Made by a program: the position numbers and the translations under genes. The notes under the pieces are model-generated. The model ran no database searches. It was not told where the DNA came from and worked only from the letters and a program-made list of their open reading frames with translations. DNA of 64,000 nucleotides from Macrostomum lignano (taxonomy: Eukaryota), in contig NIVC01000236.1 in the NCBI GenBank assembly GCA_002269645.1, positions 310,001 to 374,000 on the forward strand, given 5' to 3'. This document shows, one piece after another, positions 1-13,307 of this stretch (positions are counted from its first letter, which is position 1; every line of letters begins with the position of its first letter).

Positions 1-3000
1 TGCCAACTGCTCAAATTGCTGGTCGCCGCGCTTCGCCCGCCGCTCCGCTGGCTGCGGACTCGCTGGTGCACCGTCTGCCTGCTGGTCTGCCTGGCCTGCG
101 CTGTCTGCTTACAGCTGCGCACCGAGCTCGGCCGGCGAAAGCTGGTGGCGCACCTGGTCGAGGAACACCTGCCGGCTGCTCACTCGGGCCGGCCGATTGT
201 GTACGTCGTTGAGGAGCACCAAGAAGGTGAGCAACAGCAATATCGATGCATCTAGAAAGAGTTTCACTGCGCTGTGATGCTTAGTTTGTAGGGGAGCTGC
301 GTGCTCATGAACTCCTGAACTCAATCACTAAGTCTCTCATGAACTCAATCACTAAGTCTCTCATGAACTCACTCACTAAGTCTCTCATGAACTCAATCAC
401 TAAGTCTCTCATGAACTCAATCATGAACTCAATCACTAAGTCTCTCATGAACTCACTCATGAACTCAATCACTAAGTCTCTCATGAACTCACTCATGAAC
501 TCAATCACTAAGTCTCTCATGAACTCAATCATGAACTTCATCACTAAGTCTCTCGCTCTGCCAATGTAATGACTCAGAAGTCAGTCTCAATTTTGCAGTG
601 CGAAAACGCTTGGCCCTCCAAGTAGGGCGAGAGCGCCGATATATATTTTTTGGCTTTAGGTCTCGACCAATCACGTGCGGCCGCGTAGGCATAACAGGCA
701 TAAAAAGGGGGGAGGAAAGCCGGGGGTACAGTGTACACAAACTAAGTACAGTGCGTGAGCACCCCACACTGCTAGGCACCCCGTTTAGCAAAAGTCAATA
801 ATAAACTAACGGAAGAGTTCGCAGGCCCACACACGGCTGTGCACCTGCCCTGGCTTCTCATCGTCATGTGGATACGCAATCTGTGCCTCAGGGTTGGCCC
901 TCATGAACTCAGGGCGGCAATGCGCAGACTTTGATCTTTAGCAGTATCCTCATCCCTCACTAATCCAGCCCTGCTCAAATGGCTGGCCGACGCTCTGCAC
1001 CGCCGGGGGCCGCGCGGCTCCCGCCTGATGCTGCTGCACATCGACGCGCACTCGGACATGTCGCTGCCCCAGCTGGACGGCTTCCCCTACGCCCGGCTGC
1101 CGGCCAGCTGGCCCGAGCTGGGCGCCATGGTCGACCGCAACGACGAGTTCATCATGGTGAGCGGCGATGCCGGGAAACCTCGGGGGGGGGGGTTGCAACA
1201 GCGAGAGACAGCTGCGCGGTGGCAGGAGTGACAAAGTAGCGTCACATGGTTGGGTATTGGAGTGCCAAAAGAGTGACAATTGGAGTGACTTTTCTCACAT
1301 GAAATGAAATGCTGTCACAATGTCTAGCACACGCTTAGCCTGGGCAGTTAATCAAATTTCTCCGTTTTTATTCGCCTGATACCCTTTATGAGTAGCATGT
1401 TTATCTACCGGCGCAGGGGCGTCACCATGGTTTTTATGGTGGGTGGACTAAGCCAAGAATTCTGCATGTACATTCTTTTCAGAATCAGAGTTGTCGGTGA
1501 TCATTTTAGCGCCGCAGGCACTCATTTTAGCGCCGCAGCAGGCACTCATTTAAGCGCCGCAGGCACTCATTTTAGCGCCGCAGGCACTCATTTTAGCGCC
1601 GCAGGCACTCATTTTAGCGCCGCAGGCACTCATTTTAGCGCCGCAGGCACTCATTTTAGCGCCGCAGGCACTCATTTTAGCGCCGCAGGCACTCATTTTA
1701 GCGCCGCAGGCACTCATTTTAGCGCCGCAGGCACTCATTTTAGCGCCGCAGGCACTCATTTTAGCGCCGCAGCAGGCACTCATTTAAGCGCCGCAGGCAC
1801 TCATTTTAGCGCCGCAGGCACTCATTTTAGCGCCGCAGGCACTCATTTTAGCGCCGCAGGCACTCATTTTAGCGCCGCAGGCACTCATTTTAGCGCCGCA
1901 GGCACTCATTTTAGCGCCGCAGGCACTCATTTTAGCGCCGCAGGCACTCATTTTAGCGCCGCAGGCACTCATTTTAGCGCCGCAGGCACTCATTTTAGCG
2001 CCGCAGGCACTCATTTTAGCGCCGCAGGCACTCATTTTAGCGCCGCAGGCACTCATTTTAGCGCCGCAGGCACTCATTTTAGCGCCGCAGGCACTCATTT
2101 TAGCGCCGCAGGCACTCATTTTAGCGCCGCAGGCACTCATTTTAGCGCCGCAGGCACTCATTTTAGCGCCGCAGGCACTCATTTTAGCGCCGCAGGCACT
2201 CATTTTAGCGCCGCAGGCACTCATTTTAGCGCCGCAGGCACTCATTTTAGCGCCGCAGGCACTCATTTTAGCGCCGCAGGCACTCATTTTAGCGCCGCAG
2301 ACACTCATTTTAGCGCCGCAGGCACTCATTTTAGCGCCGCAGGCACTCATTTTAGCGCCGCAGGCACTCATTTTAGCGCCGCAGGCACTCATTTTAGCGC
2401 CGCAGGCACCATTTTCTCGCCCTGAAGCAAAATTGCTGATTTCCATGACAGGTCAACAAAGGTGGGGTGGGGGAGACAAAGCATTGGCGTGTCCTCCCAT
2501 AGATTTTACTGGCGGGGACATGTCCCCCTGTCCCCTGCTCTTATACATTACTCGACAAATGGTTCCGAACTTTGATTACACGCTTTCACCAAAGCTTAGC
2601 TGCAGAAATAATGTGCAGCCGCGGAGAGAAGTCAACAATGAGACGTATTCTGCTGGCTGGTGTATCGATTTTTGTTTGCCCGCTCGCTCTCCCGGCTCCT
2701 AGAGGTTGTTTTGCCGCTGAAAAGCCGGCGGGAAATTGAATCCAGACCGCGGCCACCGCGCGATCGCTTTCTGTCCCGAACTCCGTCAGCCTCTCTTCTG
2801 TCCCAGGCCCCGACCTCGGCCTGCTCTGCCAGTCAACTGGTAAAAGAGCTTAGCAGCGAAGCCCCCCAGCGCCTTCTTTACTGCCCAGGCCATCGCGCAG
2901 TTAACTCTGTGTGTAATTATGAATATTGATTCCCATGCACCATTTATCTTGTGCTTTTCTCTCTGTGCTGGCCCGTGTCTGTGTTTCTGTCTCATTTCTC

Positions 3001-6000
3001 GTGGGAAAGAGAGTGAAAGAGTTGCTATGATGAGGGACTGGACCGGCTTTCAGCTCTCAGCTGCTGCAATGCAGCGGAGACTGCGCATGTAGCTAGATCA
3101 GCGCGAATCGCTGCCTCATCATTCCCCAGCTGGGAATTTGCCGAGCCTCGAGCTCGTCTACTCCCTTGACGCGGGTCTGTCATTATCCGATTCTCCCCTT
3201 GTCATTAAAAGCGCCCCTCTTCTCCCCAATTTCCCCATTTTCACTAATGTCTGCTCAAGGCGTGACAGGGAAATTTGCAAGCCTGCAGCTCACTAACAGT
3301 TTCTGTTATTATGCATCAGTTGTCGTGTTGCAGCAACTCAGCAAAATCTTTGATAAGAATTGCTGTCGGGTGAATCTGTGGTGTCACACGAGGGTCATTG
3401 GGTGTCAGATGAGTGACAAATCTATAGGGTCTGCGAGGGTCATTGGGTGTCAGATGAGTGATAAATCTATTACATCACACGAATGTCATTGGATGTCAGA
3501 TCAATGATAAATCTATTGAGCCACACTAGGGTCATTGGGTGTCAGATGAGTGATAAATATATAGTATCACACGAGGGTCATTGGGTGTCAGATGAGTGAC
3601 AAATCTATAGTATCACACGAGGGTCATTGGGTGTCAGATGAGTGATAAATATATAGTATCACACGAGGGTCATTGGGTGTCAGATGAGTGATAAATATAT
3701 AGTATCACACGAGGGTCATTGGGTGTCAGATGAGTGACAATCTGTATGTCACCAGAGTACTATTAGTTACGGAGATGCAGCGCCCCTTGATGTTGCCACC
3801 CAGTGACCAAGTGAGGCTGTGCCGACAGCGCCATCTGGCACCCAATATTGCCAATTGGTTGCCAAATCCGGCAGCAATTTTTTGCTCATCAAAAATATTG
3901 ACGCTCAAAAATTTAATGCTGATTTTATTCTCTCATTCTTTCCCGGGCAATTTGCGAATGCGAACCGGAATTGCTTTTTTAAAGCGAAGGAAATTGCAGC
4001 TATCAGGCCAGAGCTCCGCATGCTGCACAATGCAGTTCCGGCCAGATTGCCTTGCCTGTCGTGGGGCTGAAATTTCTTCAAATCTCTGGCTTCATCGCTT
4101 CATGATCGCGGCGCACGAAAGCGACAGTCGCTGGGGCATTCTTCCTCTTCAATTTCTTCTATTTTCTTTTCATCTGCCCGACGCCGAAAGCAGAAATTAT
4201 TTTCATTGGCTATGCAGCAGCCTGGCGGGCGTGCCGATCTTTCCGCCACGGGGGCGCTCGGGGGCTGCGTAAAAAAAATAACAAAAACAGAAGCAGACCG
4301 ACAGAGAGAGACAGGCGCGTCGCCGCCACCGCGGGCTGGACCGCTTTCTTGGCGAACTTTTCCAAGCGCTCTCTTGAACTGGCATCATCCAGGTTGTCGA
4401 GTCAAGTGGTCCCTTGTGTATTTTTCCACTACAAAGGTGTTTTCTTACGCAGATTCTCTGCGCTAACTTCACACGCAGAACTGCCGAGTGGGATCTTTGA
4501 ACTTTTTGTTAGCTTAGAACAGAGCCGGGTCAGTAAACTTTTTATAACTCAAGGACCAGATAGAGAATCCAGCTCATGGCCGCGGCCCAGTTGAGAGAGA
4601 AAACGAGAGGGAACAGAGGAGAGATAAGAGAGGTGATGAGATGAGAGATGAATTGGGATATGAAAGGAGAGGAAAGTAGATGAGGGGAGAGAGTAGAGGG
4701 GAGAGAAGGAAGAAGAGAGGAAAGAGAGCTGAGACGAGATGGAAACCCTGATCGGGCCCGGATTGCTATTGTGAATGAAGTCTGAAAGGACCCGAAGGCC
4801 GGATAGAGAAGCTTTGCGGGCCGGAGTTTGACTTATTAAGGTTCTCGTAGTTTCTGGTTAAGGACTGAATATTCGAGGGGTCTTCATCCAGTGCAGGGGT
4901 CTGTGAGATCGGCCTTGCCAGTTTATTCTGCTTTGCTGCTGCTGCCTCTTGTAGCGCCCGCCTCGGGGGCCGCATTGTAGCGCAGTCTCTGATGGGCTCG
5001 GGTTTCCCACACGGCTCAGACCCGTGTAGCGACCTGCTCACTGCTCACTCCCCCTCCTCTGTTCCCCATCCAGGAGAGCAGAAGACATGCTTTGTGCTCA
5101 GCAACAGGCAGTGTTTTACATCGAGCTGTTTGCTCAAATCCTTAACTGATTGCCGCTGAGCAGATGCACTCGCCTGATCTGCTGTCCTGATCTTGTCTCA
5201 TTCTCGATTCTTCCTGATGCTCAGGGATTTAATGTAAACATTGGTTACTATGGCAACCGCGCTGCAGTGCTGACTAGGCCATGTCTCTCTCTCTCACTTG
5301 AGTCTGAGCATATTCTTAGTCGCTTCGTCTTATTTTTACCCAGCTGACAAATGTCTAGTCTCTCACCTGATGCCCTCAATTGCAATGTCTAGTCTCTCAC
5401 CTGATGCCCCAATTGCAATGTCTAGTCTCTCACCTGATGCCCTCAATTGCAATGTCTAGTCTCTCACCTGATGCCCCAATTGCAATGTCTAGTCTCTCAC
5501 CTGATGCCCCAATTGCAATGTCTAGTCTCTCACCTGATGCCCTCAATTGCAATGTCTAGTCTCTCACCTGATGCCCCAATTGCAATGTCTAGTCTCTCAC
5601 CTGATGCCCTCAATTGCAATGTCTAGTCTCTCACCTGATGCCCCAATTGCAATGTCTAGTCTCTCACCTGATGCCCCAATTGCAATGTCTAGTCTCTCAC
5701 CTGATGCCCCAATTGCAATGTCTAGTCTCTCACCTGATGCCCTCAATTGCAATGTCTAGTCTCTCACCTGATGCCCCAATTGCAATGTCTAGTCTCTCAC
5801 CTGATGCCCCAATTGCAATGTCTAGTCTCTCACCTGATGCCCCAATTGCAATGTCTAGTCTCTCACCTGATGCCCTCAATTGCAATGTCTAGTCTCTCAC
5901 CTGATGCCCCAATTGCAATGTCTAGTCTCTCACCTGATGCCCTCAATTGCAATGTCTAGTCTCTCACCTGATGCCCCAATTGCAATGTCTAGTCTCTCAC

Positions 6001-9000
6001 CTGATGCCCCAATTGCAATGTCTAGTCTCTCACCTGATGCCCTCAATTGCAATGTCTAGTCTCTCACCTGATGCCCCAATTGCAATGTCTAGTCTCTCAC
6101 CTGATGCCCCAATTGCAATATCTAGTCTCTCACCTGATGCCCTCAATTGCAATGTCTAGTCTCTCACCTGATGCCCTCAATTGCAATGTCTAGTCTCTCA
6201 CCTGATGCCCCAATTGCAATGTCTAGTCTCTCACCTGATGCCCTCAATTGCAATGTCTAGTCTCTCACCTGATGCCCCAATTGCAATGTCTAGTCTCTCA
6301 CCTGATGCCCCAATTGCAATGTCTAGTCTCTCACCTGATGCCCCAATTGCAATATCTAGTCTCTCACCTGATGCCCTCAATTGCAATGTCTAGTCTCTCA
6401 CCTGATGCCCTCAATTGCAATGTCTAGTCTCTCACCTGATGCCCCAATTGCAATGTCTAGTCTCTCACCTGATGCCCTCAATTGCAATGTCTAGTCTCTC
6501 ACCTGATGCCCCAATTGCAATGTCTAGTCTCTCACCTGATGCCCCAATTGCAATGTCTAGTCTCTCACCTGATGCCCTCAATTGCAATGTCTAGTCTCTC
6601 ACCTGATGCCCCAATTGCAATGTCTAGTCTCTCACCTGATGCCCTCAATTGCAATGTCTAGTCTCTCACCTGATGCCCCAATTGCAATGTCTAGTCTCTC
6701 ACCTGATGCCCCAATTGCAATGTCTAGTCTCTCACCTGATGCCCTCAATTGCAATGTCTAGTCTCTCACCTGATGCCCTCAATTGCAATGTCTAGTCTCT
6801 CACCTGATGCCCCAATTGCAATGTCTAGTCTCTCACCTGATGCCCCAATTGCAATGTCTAGTCTCTCAGCGAGGAATTCAACAAGTCAACTGTCTAAGCT
6901 GTACTTTTATTCGACTTCCCTGCCGCAGTCGGCCGCCTACTCCGGCCTCATCGACCGGCTGATCTTCCTGCGGCCGGACTGGACAGCGGACCCGGAGCTG
7001 CCCGCCAACCAGCTCCGGCGGGTTGCCAGTGAAGTCCGCAGCCACATGCTGGCTGGCCGCCTCCCCGAGCTGCTCAGTCTGTCCTTCCTCAGGGACTCCT
7101 GGCTGAGCGGAGTTCGGCCCTGCGTGTGCCTCTCCGCGGTGTCGTCAGACGCTGATAACTCATCGTTCGAGCTGGACTCTTGCCGCCTGCGGATGGACGT
7201 TGAGCTGCTGCGCAACCAGTCTGAGTTCGCCAGCTGCTCCGGGGACAAAGCGGCGCTGCGGCTTCGAGCGCTAAGTGCTCAACTAAGCTGGACAGAGTCG
7301 GGCCGGGGTTCGAATCTGCTCGCTCAGTCAGGCCTGCTAAAATCCGGCCAGTTCATCCTTGATATTGATCTGGACTTTCTGGCTGTGCAGCTGCCCTCTT
7401 GGCCGCTCTACTTGGCTCTGGGTGAGCGGTTCTCCCCCAGTCTCCTCTGGAATCTCCCCCCAGTCTCATCTGGAATCTCCCCCAGTCTCCTCTGGAATCT
7501 CCCCCAGTCTTATCTGGAATCTCCCCCAGTCTTATCTGGAATCTCCCCTAGTCTCCTCTGGAATCTCCCCCAGTCTCATCTGGAATCTCCCCCAGTCTCA
7601 TCTGGAATCTCCCCTAGTCTCATCTGGAATCTCTCCCAGTTTCATCTGGAATCTCCCCCAGTCTCATCTGGAATCTCTCCCAGTCTCTCCTGTTTTGCTA
7701 GAGCTGCAACCGCAAAACCCCCTACTCCCGTGAACACTAACCAAGGCAACTCGAGCTCCAAGTTCGAGTCTGCGATGCGCTGGACGGAGCAGCTCGCCGA
7801 CCTCCTGCTGTGCCCGACAGGCGACCAAGACGAAGCCGCTGGCAACGCCGCCTTCGTCGCCATGCTGAACGGACTGGCCGCAAACTGCGGCGAGCCGTGC
7901 GACATCGACGACTGGACGGACGAACAGCTGAACAGCTTCGTTCTGGCGCCTGCGGCCGCCGTTGGACCCGGGGTGAGGAGCTGGGGCTGTGGGATTGAGA
8001 TTCGATTAATTGGTGTGGGATTGAGATTCGATTCATTGGCAAGAGGAGAGATTAGATTCATTGGCAAGGGGTGAGATTCGATTCATTGGCAAGGGGAGAG
8101 ATTAGATTCATTGGCAAGGGGTGAGATTAGATTCATTGGCAAGGGGTGAGATTCGATTCATTGGCAAGGGGAGAGATTAGATTCATTGGCAAGGGGTGAG
8201 ATTAGATTCATTGGCAAGGGGTGAGATTAGATTCATTGGCAAGGGGTGAAATTCGATTCATTGGCGAGGGTTGAGATTCGATTCATTGGCAAGGGGAGAG
8301 ATTAGATTCATTGGCAAGGGGTGAGATTCGATTCATTGGCAAGGGGTGAGATTCGATTCATTGGCAAGGGGTGAGATTAGATTCATTGGCGAGGGTTGAG
8401 ATTCGATTCATTGGCAAGGGGAGAGATTAGATTCATTGGCAAGGGGTGAGATTCGATTCATTGGCAAGAGGAGAGATTAGATTCATTGGCAAGGGGTGAG
8501 ATTCGATTCATTGGCAAGGGGTGAGGTTCGATTCATTGGCAAGGGGAGAGATTAGATTCATTGGCAAGGGGTGAGATTAGATTCATTGGCAAGGGGTGAG
8601 ATTCGATTCATTGGCAAGGGGTGAGATTCGATTCATTGGCAAGGGGTGAGATTAGATTAATTGGCAAGGGCTGAGATTCGAATAATTGGCGAGGGATGAG
8701 ATTTGATTAATTGGCAAGTGGTGAGATTCGCTAAGATGACTTGCGATTAGACGAGGGTGGAGTTGATGATTTGGGGTGAGATTCCCACGTAAGATTAGAT
8801 ACTTGGCTGTGAGATTCGATGATTCAGGGTGAGATTCGTGAGATCTTGTGTGAGACCCGATGATTCAGAGTTGAAGTTCGGAATTGGAAGCGAGATTGAC
8901 AGCATGCGTTGAGATTCCGAAAGAGAGCACTCGAGCTCACGAAATCCCAATTTCCTGCTTCCCAGACCCGCCGCTTGCTCTGTCCCCGTGAGCCGGACGA

Positions 9001-9469
9001 CCGCGACAGCTTCTTCAGCAGCCTGCGGTTCCGCTTACGCCCGCTGGCCCACCTTGGCGCCGCCGCCCTGGCCGCCCTGCGCCGCCTCGGCCTCTGCTTC
9101 GCCGGCTCGCCATGGAATCGCCAAATTGTCGCCCGGTCGCCGATGCCGCTTGCGGCGCCACCTTCCCGACCGCAGTTTCGTCTCTGCGTCGGCGCCAATC
9201 TGCCGTTTGAGAGCGCCGTGGTCGAGTCGCCGGGACCGGCTGGGACCGGCGTCGCCAAAGGGCTGCGTCAGCTCGGCGACTTCCTCGGCAGCCTGGGCGC
9301 GGCCGGCCTTCGTCCGCGGCTGGTCACGGTCGCCCGGTCCGGCCGGGACGGCTACGCGCCTAGGGCGTTGCTGGGCAACCTGACCGACAGCGTGGTTGGC
9401 CTTCTGCGCTCCGCCTTCAGCCTGCCGGCCGAGTCCGTTGTCATGGACGCCTTTCTCTACCGGCCTTGA
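1..9469 (+). CDS. C5orf22-like: UPF0489 family (C5orf22-like) protein, 5 exons in window, start codon upstream of window
   Basis: Exons <1-226, 969-1156, 6929-7421, 7746-7972, 8966-9469, all GT-AG with compatible phases (1,0,1,0). Motifs VVEEHQE, LLHIDAHSD, FILDIDLDF and LVTVARSxxDGYxP match the UPF0489 family as I recall it. The acceptors chosen for exons 2 and 4 (ctaatccag, ctaaccaag) are inferred. Confidence 0.8.
305..555. repeat. 24-bp minisatellite (TCATGAACTCAATCACTAAGTCTC) with 12-bp partial units
   Basis: Direct tandem repetition in intron 1 of the UPF0489 gene. Confidence 0.9.
1414..2540 (+). mobile_element. hAT-like MITE copy A carrying an internal 21-bp minisatellite (CATTTTAGCGCCGCAGGCACT, ~43 units)
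   Basis: Starts CAGGGGCGTC. Both the non-repeat flanks and the repeat unit match the element at 54648-55185 in reverse complement. The right terminus is degenerate and no TSD is clear. Confidence 0.65.
3385..3745. repeat. 46-bp minisatellite (GAGGGTCATTGGGTGTCAGATGAGTGATAAATATATAGTATCACAC)
   Basis: About 7 tandem copies with variants. Confidence 0.9.
5348..6868. repeat. 33/34-bp minisatellite (CAATTGCAATGTCTAGTCTCTCACCTGATGCCC[T])
   Basis: About 45 near-identical copies, ending ~60 nt before the acceptor at 6928. Confidence 0.95.
7432..7690. repeat. 22-bp minisatellite (GGAATCTCCCCCAGTCTCATCT) filling intron 3 of the UPF0489 gene
   Basis: Direct tandem repetition. Confidence 0.9.
7995..8830. 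repeat. 25-bp minisatellite (GAGATTCGATTCATTGGCAAGGGGT) filling intron 4 of the UPF0489 gene
   Basis: Direct tandem repetition that degenerates towards the 3' end. Confidence 0.9.
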
Positions 9470-9699
9470 GCCGCTTCTCAGCTGGTTGCTATGCGAGATT
9501 TAAACAGTGTTATTAAATGCGCTGACTGCTCTGCTGGCAACTGGGTTGATGTCTGAGATAGATGATCGGGGTGAGGTTAGATTGGGCTGTTGGGGATTGG
9601 ACTATAAGGATAATTTGAAAAAGGTAAGGCTTGAATTTTTTAGATTATCTTAATGAGTTTAAGTTGAACGTTTCTAATTGAATGATTGGGTAAGATTAG

Positions 9700-10090
9700 A
9701 TCAGAAGAATGAGAGTAGATCAGAAGAATTAGAGTGGATCAGAAGGATGAGAGTAGAGCAGAGAGATGACAGTAGATCAAAAGAATAGGTGGATCAGATG
9801 GATGAAAGCAGATCAGAATGATGAGAGTAGAGCAGAGAGATGACAGTAGGTCAGAAGGATGAGAGTAGATCACAAGGATGAGAGTAGATCACAAGGATAA
9901 GTGGAACAGAGGAATGAGAATAGATCAGAGGGATGAGAGTAGATCAGAGGAATGAGAATAGATCAGAGGGATGAGAGTAGATCAGATCAGAGGGATGAGA
10001 GTAGATCAGATCAGAGGAATGAGAATAGATCAGAGGGATGAGAGTAGACCAGAAGGATGAGAGTAGATCAGAAGATCGAGAGTAGATTCG
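9700..10090. repeat. degenerate ~19-bp purine-rich repeat (GATCAGAGGGATGAGAGTA)
   Basis: Imperfect tandem copies. Confidence 0.75.
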
Positions 10091-10715
10091 ATAGATGAGA
10101 TGTACCAAAAAGGCTGATATTTGACATTTTAGATTTTTAAGTCGGTCAACTAACGAGGTTCATTTTTAGTATATAGAAGTTTTCAGGTTTTCATTAATCT
10201 CATTTGTTTTCTATCACCTCTCACTGTAGGTATCTTCTTTCTGAGCCTTCAGAGACAGCTCAGCATTTAATCAGCTTTATTCATTCTGTTTTGCCTTCCG
10301 TGCTACTCCTAGTGCTTACTTAGCTCTGCTGTTTAGCACTGAAGATCAACTCATAGTCTGGCAATTGTCGATGACAATGGCAGCTTTTCCCAGCCCGTTG
10401 ATTTGCCTGCAATTCTGCCGCATTCTTAGTCTGTGCGCTGCCAGTCAGGGCACAAAAAAATCCGTCAAAACTGACGAGCGAGAATTAAAAACTGAATATT
10501 TTGTACTTTTATTTGCTTTATCTTTTTTTCTAAGCCGGCTTCGTTGATTCTCCACAGCTAGCTAAAGGGGCGCTCGATAATCCGCTTGCCTTCTAGTTAA
10601 TCCGCCTGCGCTGAGTTAACCTTCAATCGCTGATTGGGCTCGGATTAGCAAACTGCTGCCAGCGTGACAGCGTGGGAGTCGCCTCTGCGGGTTGCTGCGG
10701 TCTCTGTTTGCTCTG

Positions 10716-11530
10716 ACTGGCAGGCTGACAGACAGGCTGACAGACAGGGTGACCTGACAGACTGACTGACCTGACAGACAGGCTGACCTGACAGACAGGC
10801 TGACCTGACAGACAGGCTGACCTGACAGACAGCCTAACCTGACAGACAGGCTAATCTGACAGACTGGCTGACCTGACAGACAGCCTAACCTGACAGACAG
10901 GCTGACCTGACAGACTGGCTGACCTGACAGACTGGCTGACCTGACAGACTGGCTGACCTGACAGACTGGCTGACCTGACAGACAGGCTGACCTGACAGAC
11001 AGGCTGACCTGACAGACAGCCTAACCTGACAGACAGGCTAATCTGACAGACTGGCTGACCTGACAGACAGCCTAACCTGACAGACAGGCTGACCTGACAG
11101 ACAGGCTGACCTGACAGACTGGCTGACCTGACAGACTGGCTGACCTGACAGACTGGCTGACCTGACAGACTGGCTGACCTGACAGACTGGCTGACCTGAC
11201 AGACTGGCTGACCTGACAGACTGGCTGACCTGACAGACTGGCTGACCTGACAGACTGGCTGACCTGACAGACTGGCTGACCTGACAGACAGGCTGACCTG
11301 ACAGACAGGCTGACCTGACAGACAGGCTGACCTGACAGACAGCCTAACCTGACAGACAGGCTAATCTGACAGACTGGCTGACCTGACAGACAGCCTAACC
11401 TGACAGACAGGCTGACCTGACAGACTGGCTGACCTGACAGACTGGCTGACCTGACAGACTGGCTGACCTGACAGAGACTGACAGACGGGCTGATAGACAG
11501 ACTGACGGACAGACAGGCAGGCAGACAGAC
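10716..11530. repeat. 17-bp minisatellite (GACCTGACAGACTGGCT)
   Basis: Direct tandem repetition with variants. Confidence 0.9.
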
Positions 11531-12216
11531 AGACAATTTGACTCTTAAAAAAGTACTGAAGACAGGCGGATTCAGATCAACATAAAGCAAAAAAGCAGGC
11601 CAACAACAACAAGATTGCCAATATTGCCAGTTTTCAAACCCAGATTCTGCTCCCAGGCTGCTGTGGTTTCCGGCACGCAGCACCGCCTGTCTGCTTGCAG
11701 CAGCGCGCATAGATTTTTTTGCTACTAGACGCAAATAAACGCGTCCCAGATTTTGGACTCTGTGTCAATCAAATGCAACCCTATGTTAGATAACTGCGGC
11801 ATATAGATGCATTTACAGTCTTAATGGCTGATTTCATCAGTGACTTGAGCCTGTGGGCTGTGTATCAGCACAACTCCGAGCCGCATGCAAAGACAGTAAA
11901 AGAACAGGTTGCCATCCATCTGCACATTTCATCTTCCCGCGTGGACTTCGTGTTTACCGGGGGGGGGGGGGGGGGGCGCTCAGATTCCAGTGCCGAGCTT
12001 CCACAGTGTGCAGGCGACTGCAAATCGTGATTGCAGCGGTGCCGGCTGGAGATAATGGGGGACTGGGGCTGCAGGGCGGTTGTTTTAGTCAGACCGTCTG
12101 TTCTGTGTGCCCCAGCTCAAACCCATGCTTGCGAAAGCTCGCCTTGTACATGTAGCCTTAGTCTGGGTCTACCAATGCTTTATCGTACCAGCGCCAAAAC
12201 TATTGCTAACAACACC

Positions 12217-12309
12217 GATTCCTAAAACAATGTAGGAACTTATCGTCACGAAGAATTCCTAGCTTTGCCCCCCCCACCCACCATAAAATCCATGGCAATT
12301 ACGCCCCTG
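12217..12309 (-). mobile_element. degenerate terminal fragment of the same hAT-like MITE family
   Basis: ...CTTTGCCCCCCCCCACCCACCATAAAATCCATGGCAATTACGCCCCTG resembles the end of copy B (CTTTGTCCCCCCACCATAAAATCTATGGCGACGCCCCTG). Confidence 0.5.
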
Positions 12310-13133
12310 CGGTCAGCACTGGACTACTGGGGTGATGCTTTGCCTGTAGACTGATAGACGCTGACAGACAGGCAGAGACAAACAAAAGCCATGTGTACAA
12401 GGTAGAAAGTATGGTCGCTGTACACCCTGCAAGTTGATGTAAAGCTGCGGCGCTTGTACATGTACTGTACATGTAGCAGAACTGTCTCGTGCTGTTGAGC
12501 TGCGGACAATCGCATCGAAACGATTAAACAGGCAAAATGTTTTCTTGGAAATTCTCTATAGTAAGCCTGCGCATTCATTTGGACATTCAATGCTTGATCA
12601 GCGCCCGCCCTCTCCCGGCTCCTTCAGCCTGTCCAAGTGGCGCCAGGACTGTCCGTTCAGAATTGTTTAACCTGCGGCTCCCGATATCAGTTGTGAAGAG
12701 GCGGGCCGGGTTGCTGCCGCGGCTGCAAAGTGGCGACATGGCGCTGCTCCCCTGCAGTAGGTGGAAATTTTTTGCCCGACTGAAAGCGCGGCTTCCCAAC
12801 TGCGGGCGAACATTTCCCCTCTCTCCCTCCATTTTGGCCAACCCAAGCGAGCAGAGAAAAACAAATGGGAATCTTCTTGACCCTCTTGAAATCTGTGGAG
12901 CGAGATTTGCTGAATTCGGGCATGCAGCACTAGCTGTCTGGATTGGAAACCCAAGCTAGATTGGCACTTGACGGCAGTTGCCGAGCCGCGTGGATTCACA
13001 GGGTTCTGCCTGGCTTATCAAGTTGAATATAGGTGGCTGCGGCCTGAAGAGCTGACGTGAGCATTGTTGAGCTGGGAAAAACTGAGAAAGACTGAACTTT
13101 ATATTAGCTTTTTTGCCTTTGAGAGAGAGGGAG

Positions 13134-13221
13134 ACAGAAAGATAGACAGACAAACAGACATTCTATAAGACAGACAGACAGACTTACTAAGACAGACAGA
13201 CAGACAGACAGACAGACACTA

Positions 13222-13307
<86 letters not shown>

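Noticed and set aside
4766-5041. 91-aa minus-strand ORF nested in UPF0489 intron 2
   Set aside because: No ATG start, no convincing acceptor tract and no recognisable motif; cannot be told apart from chance.
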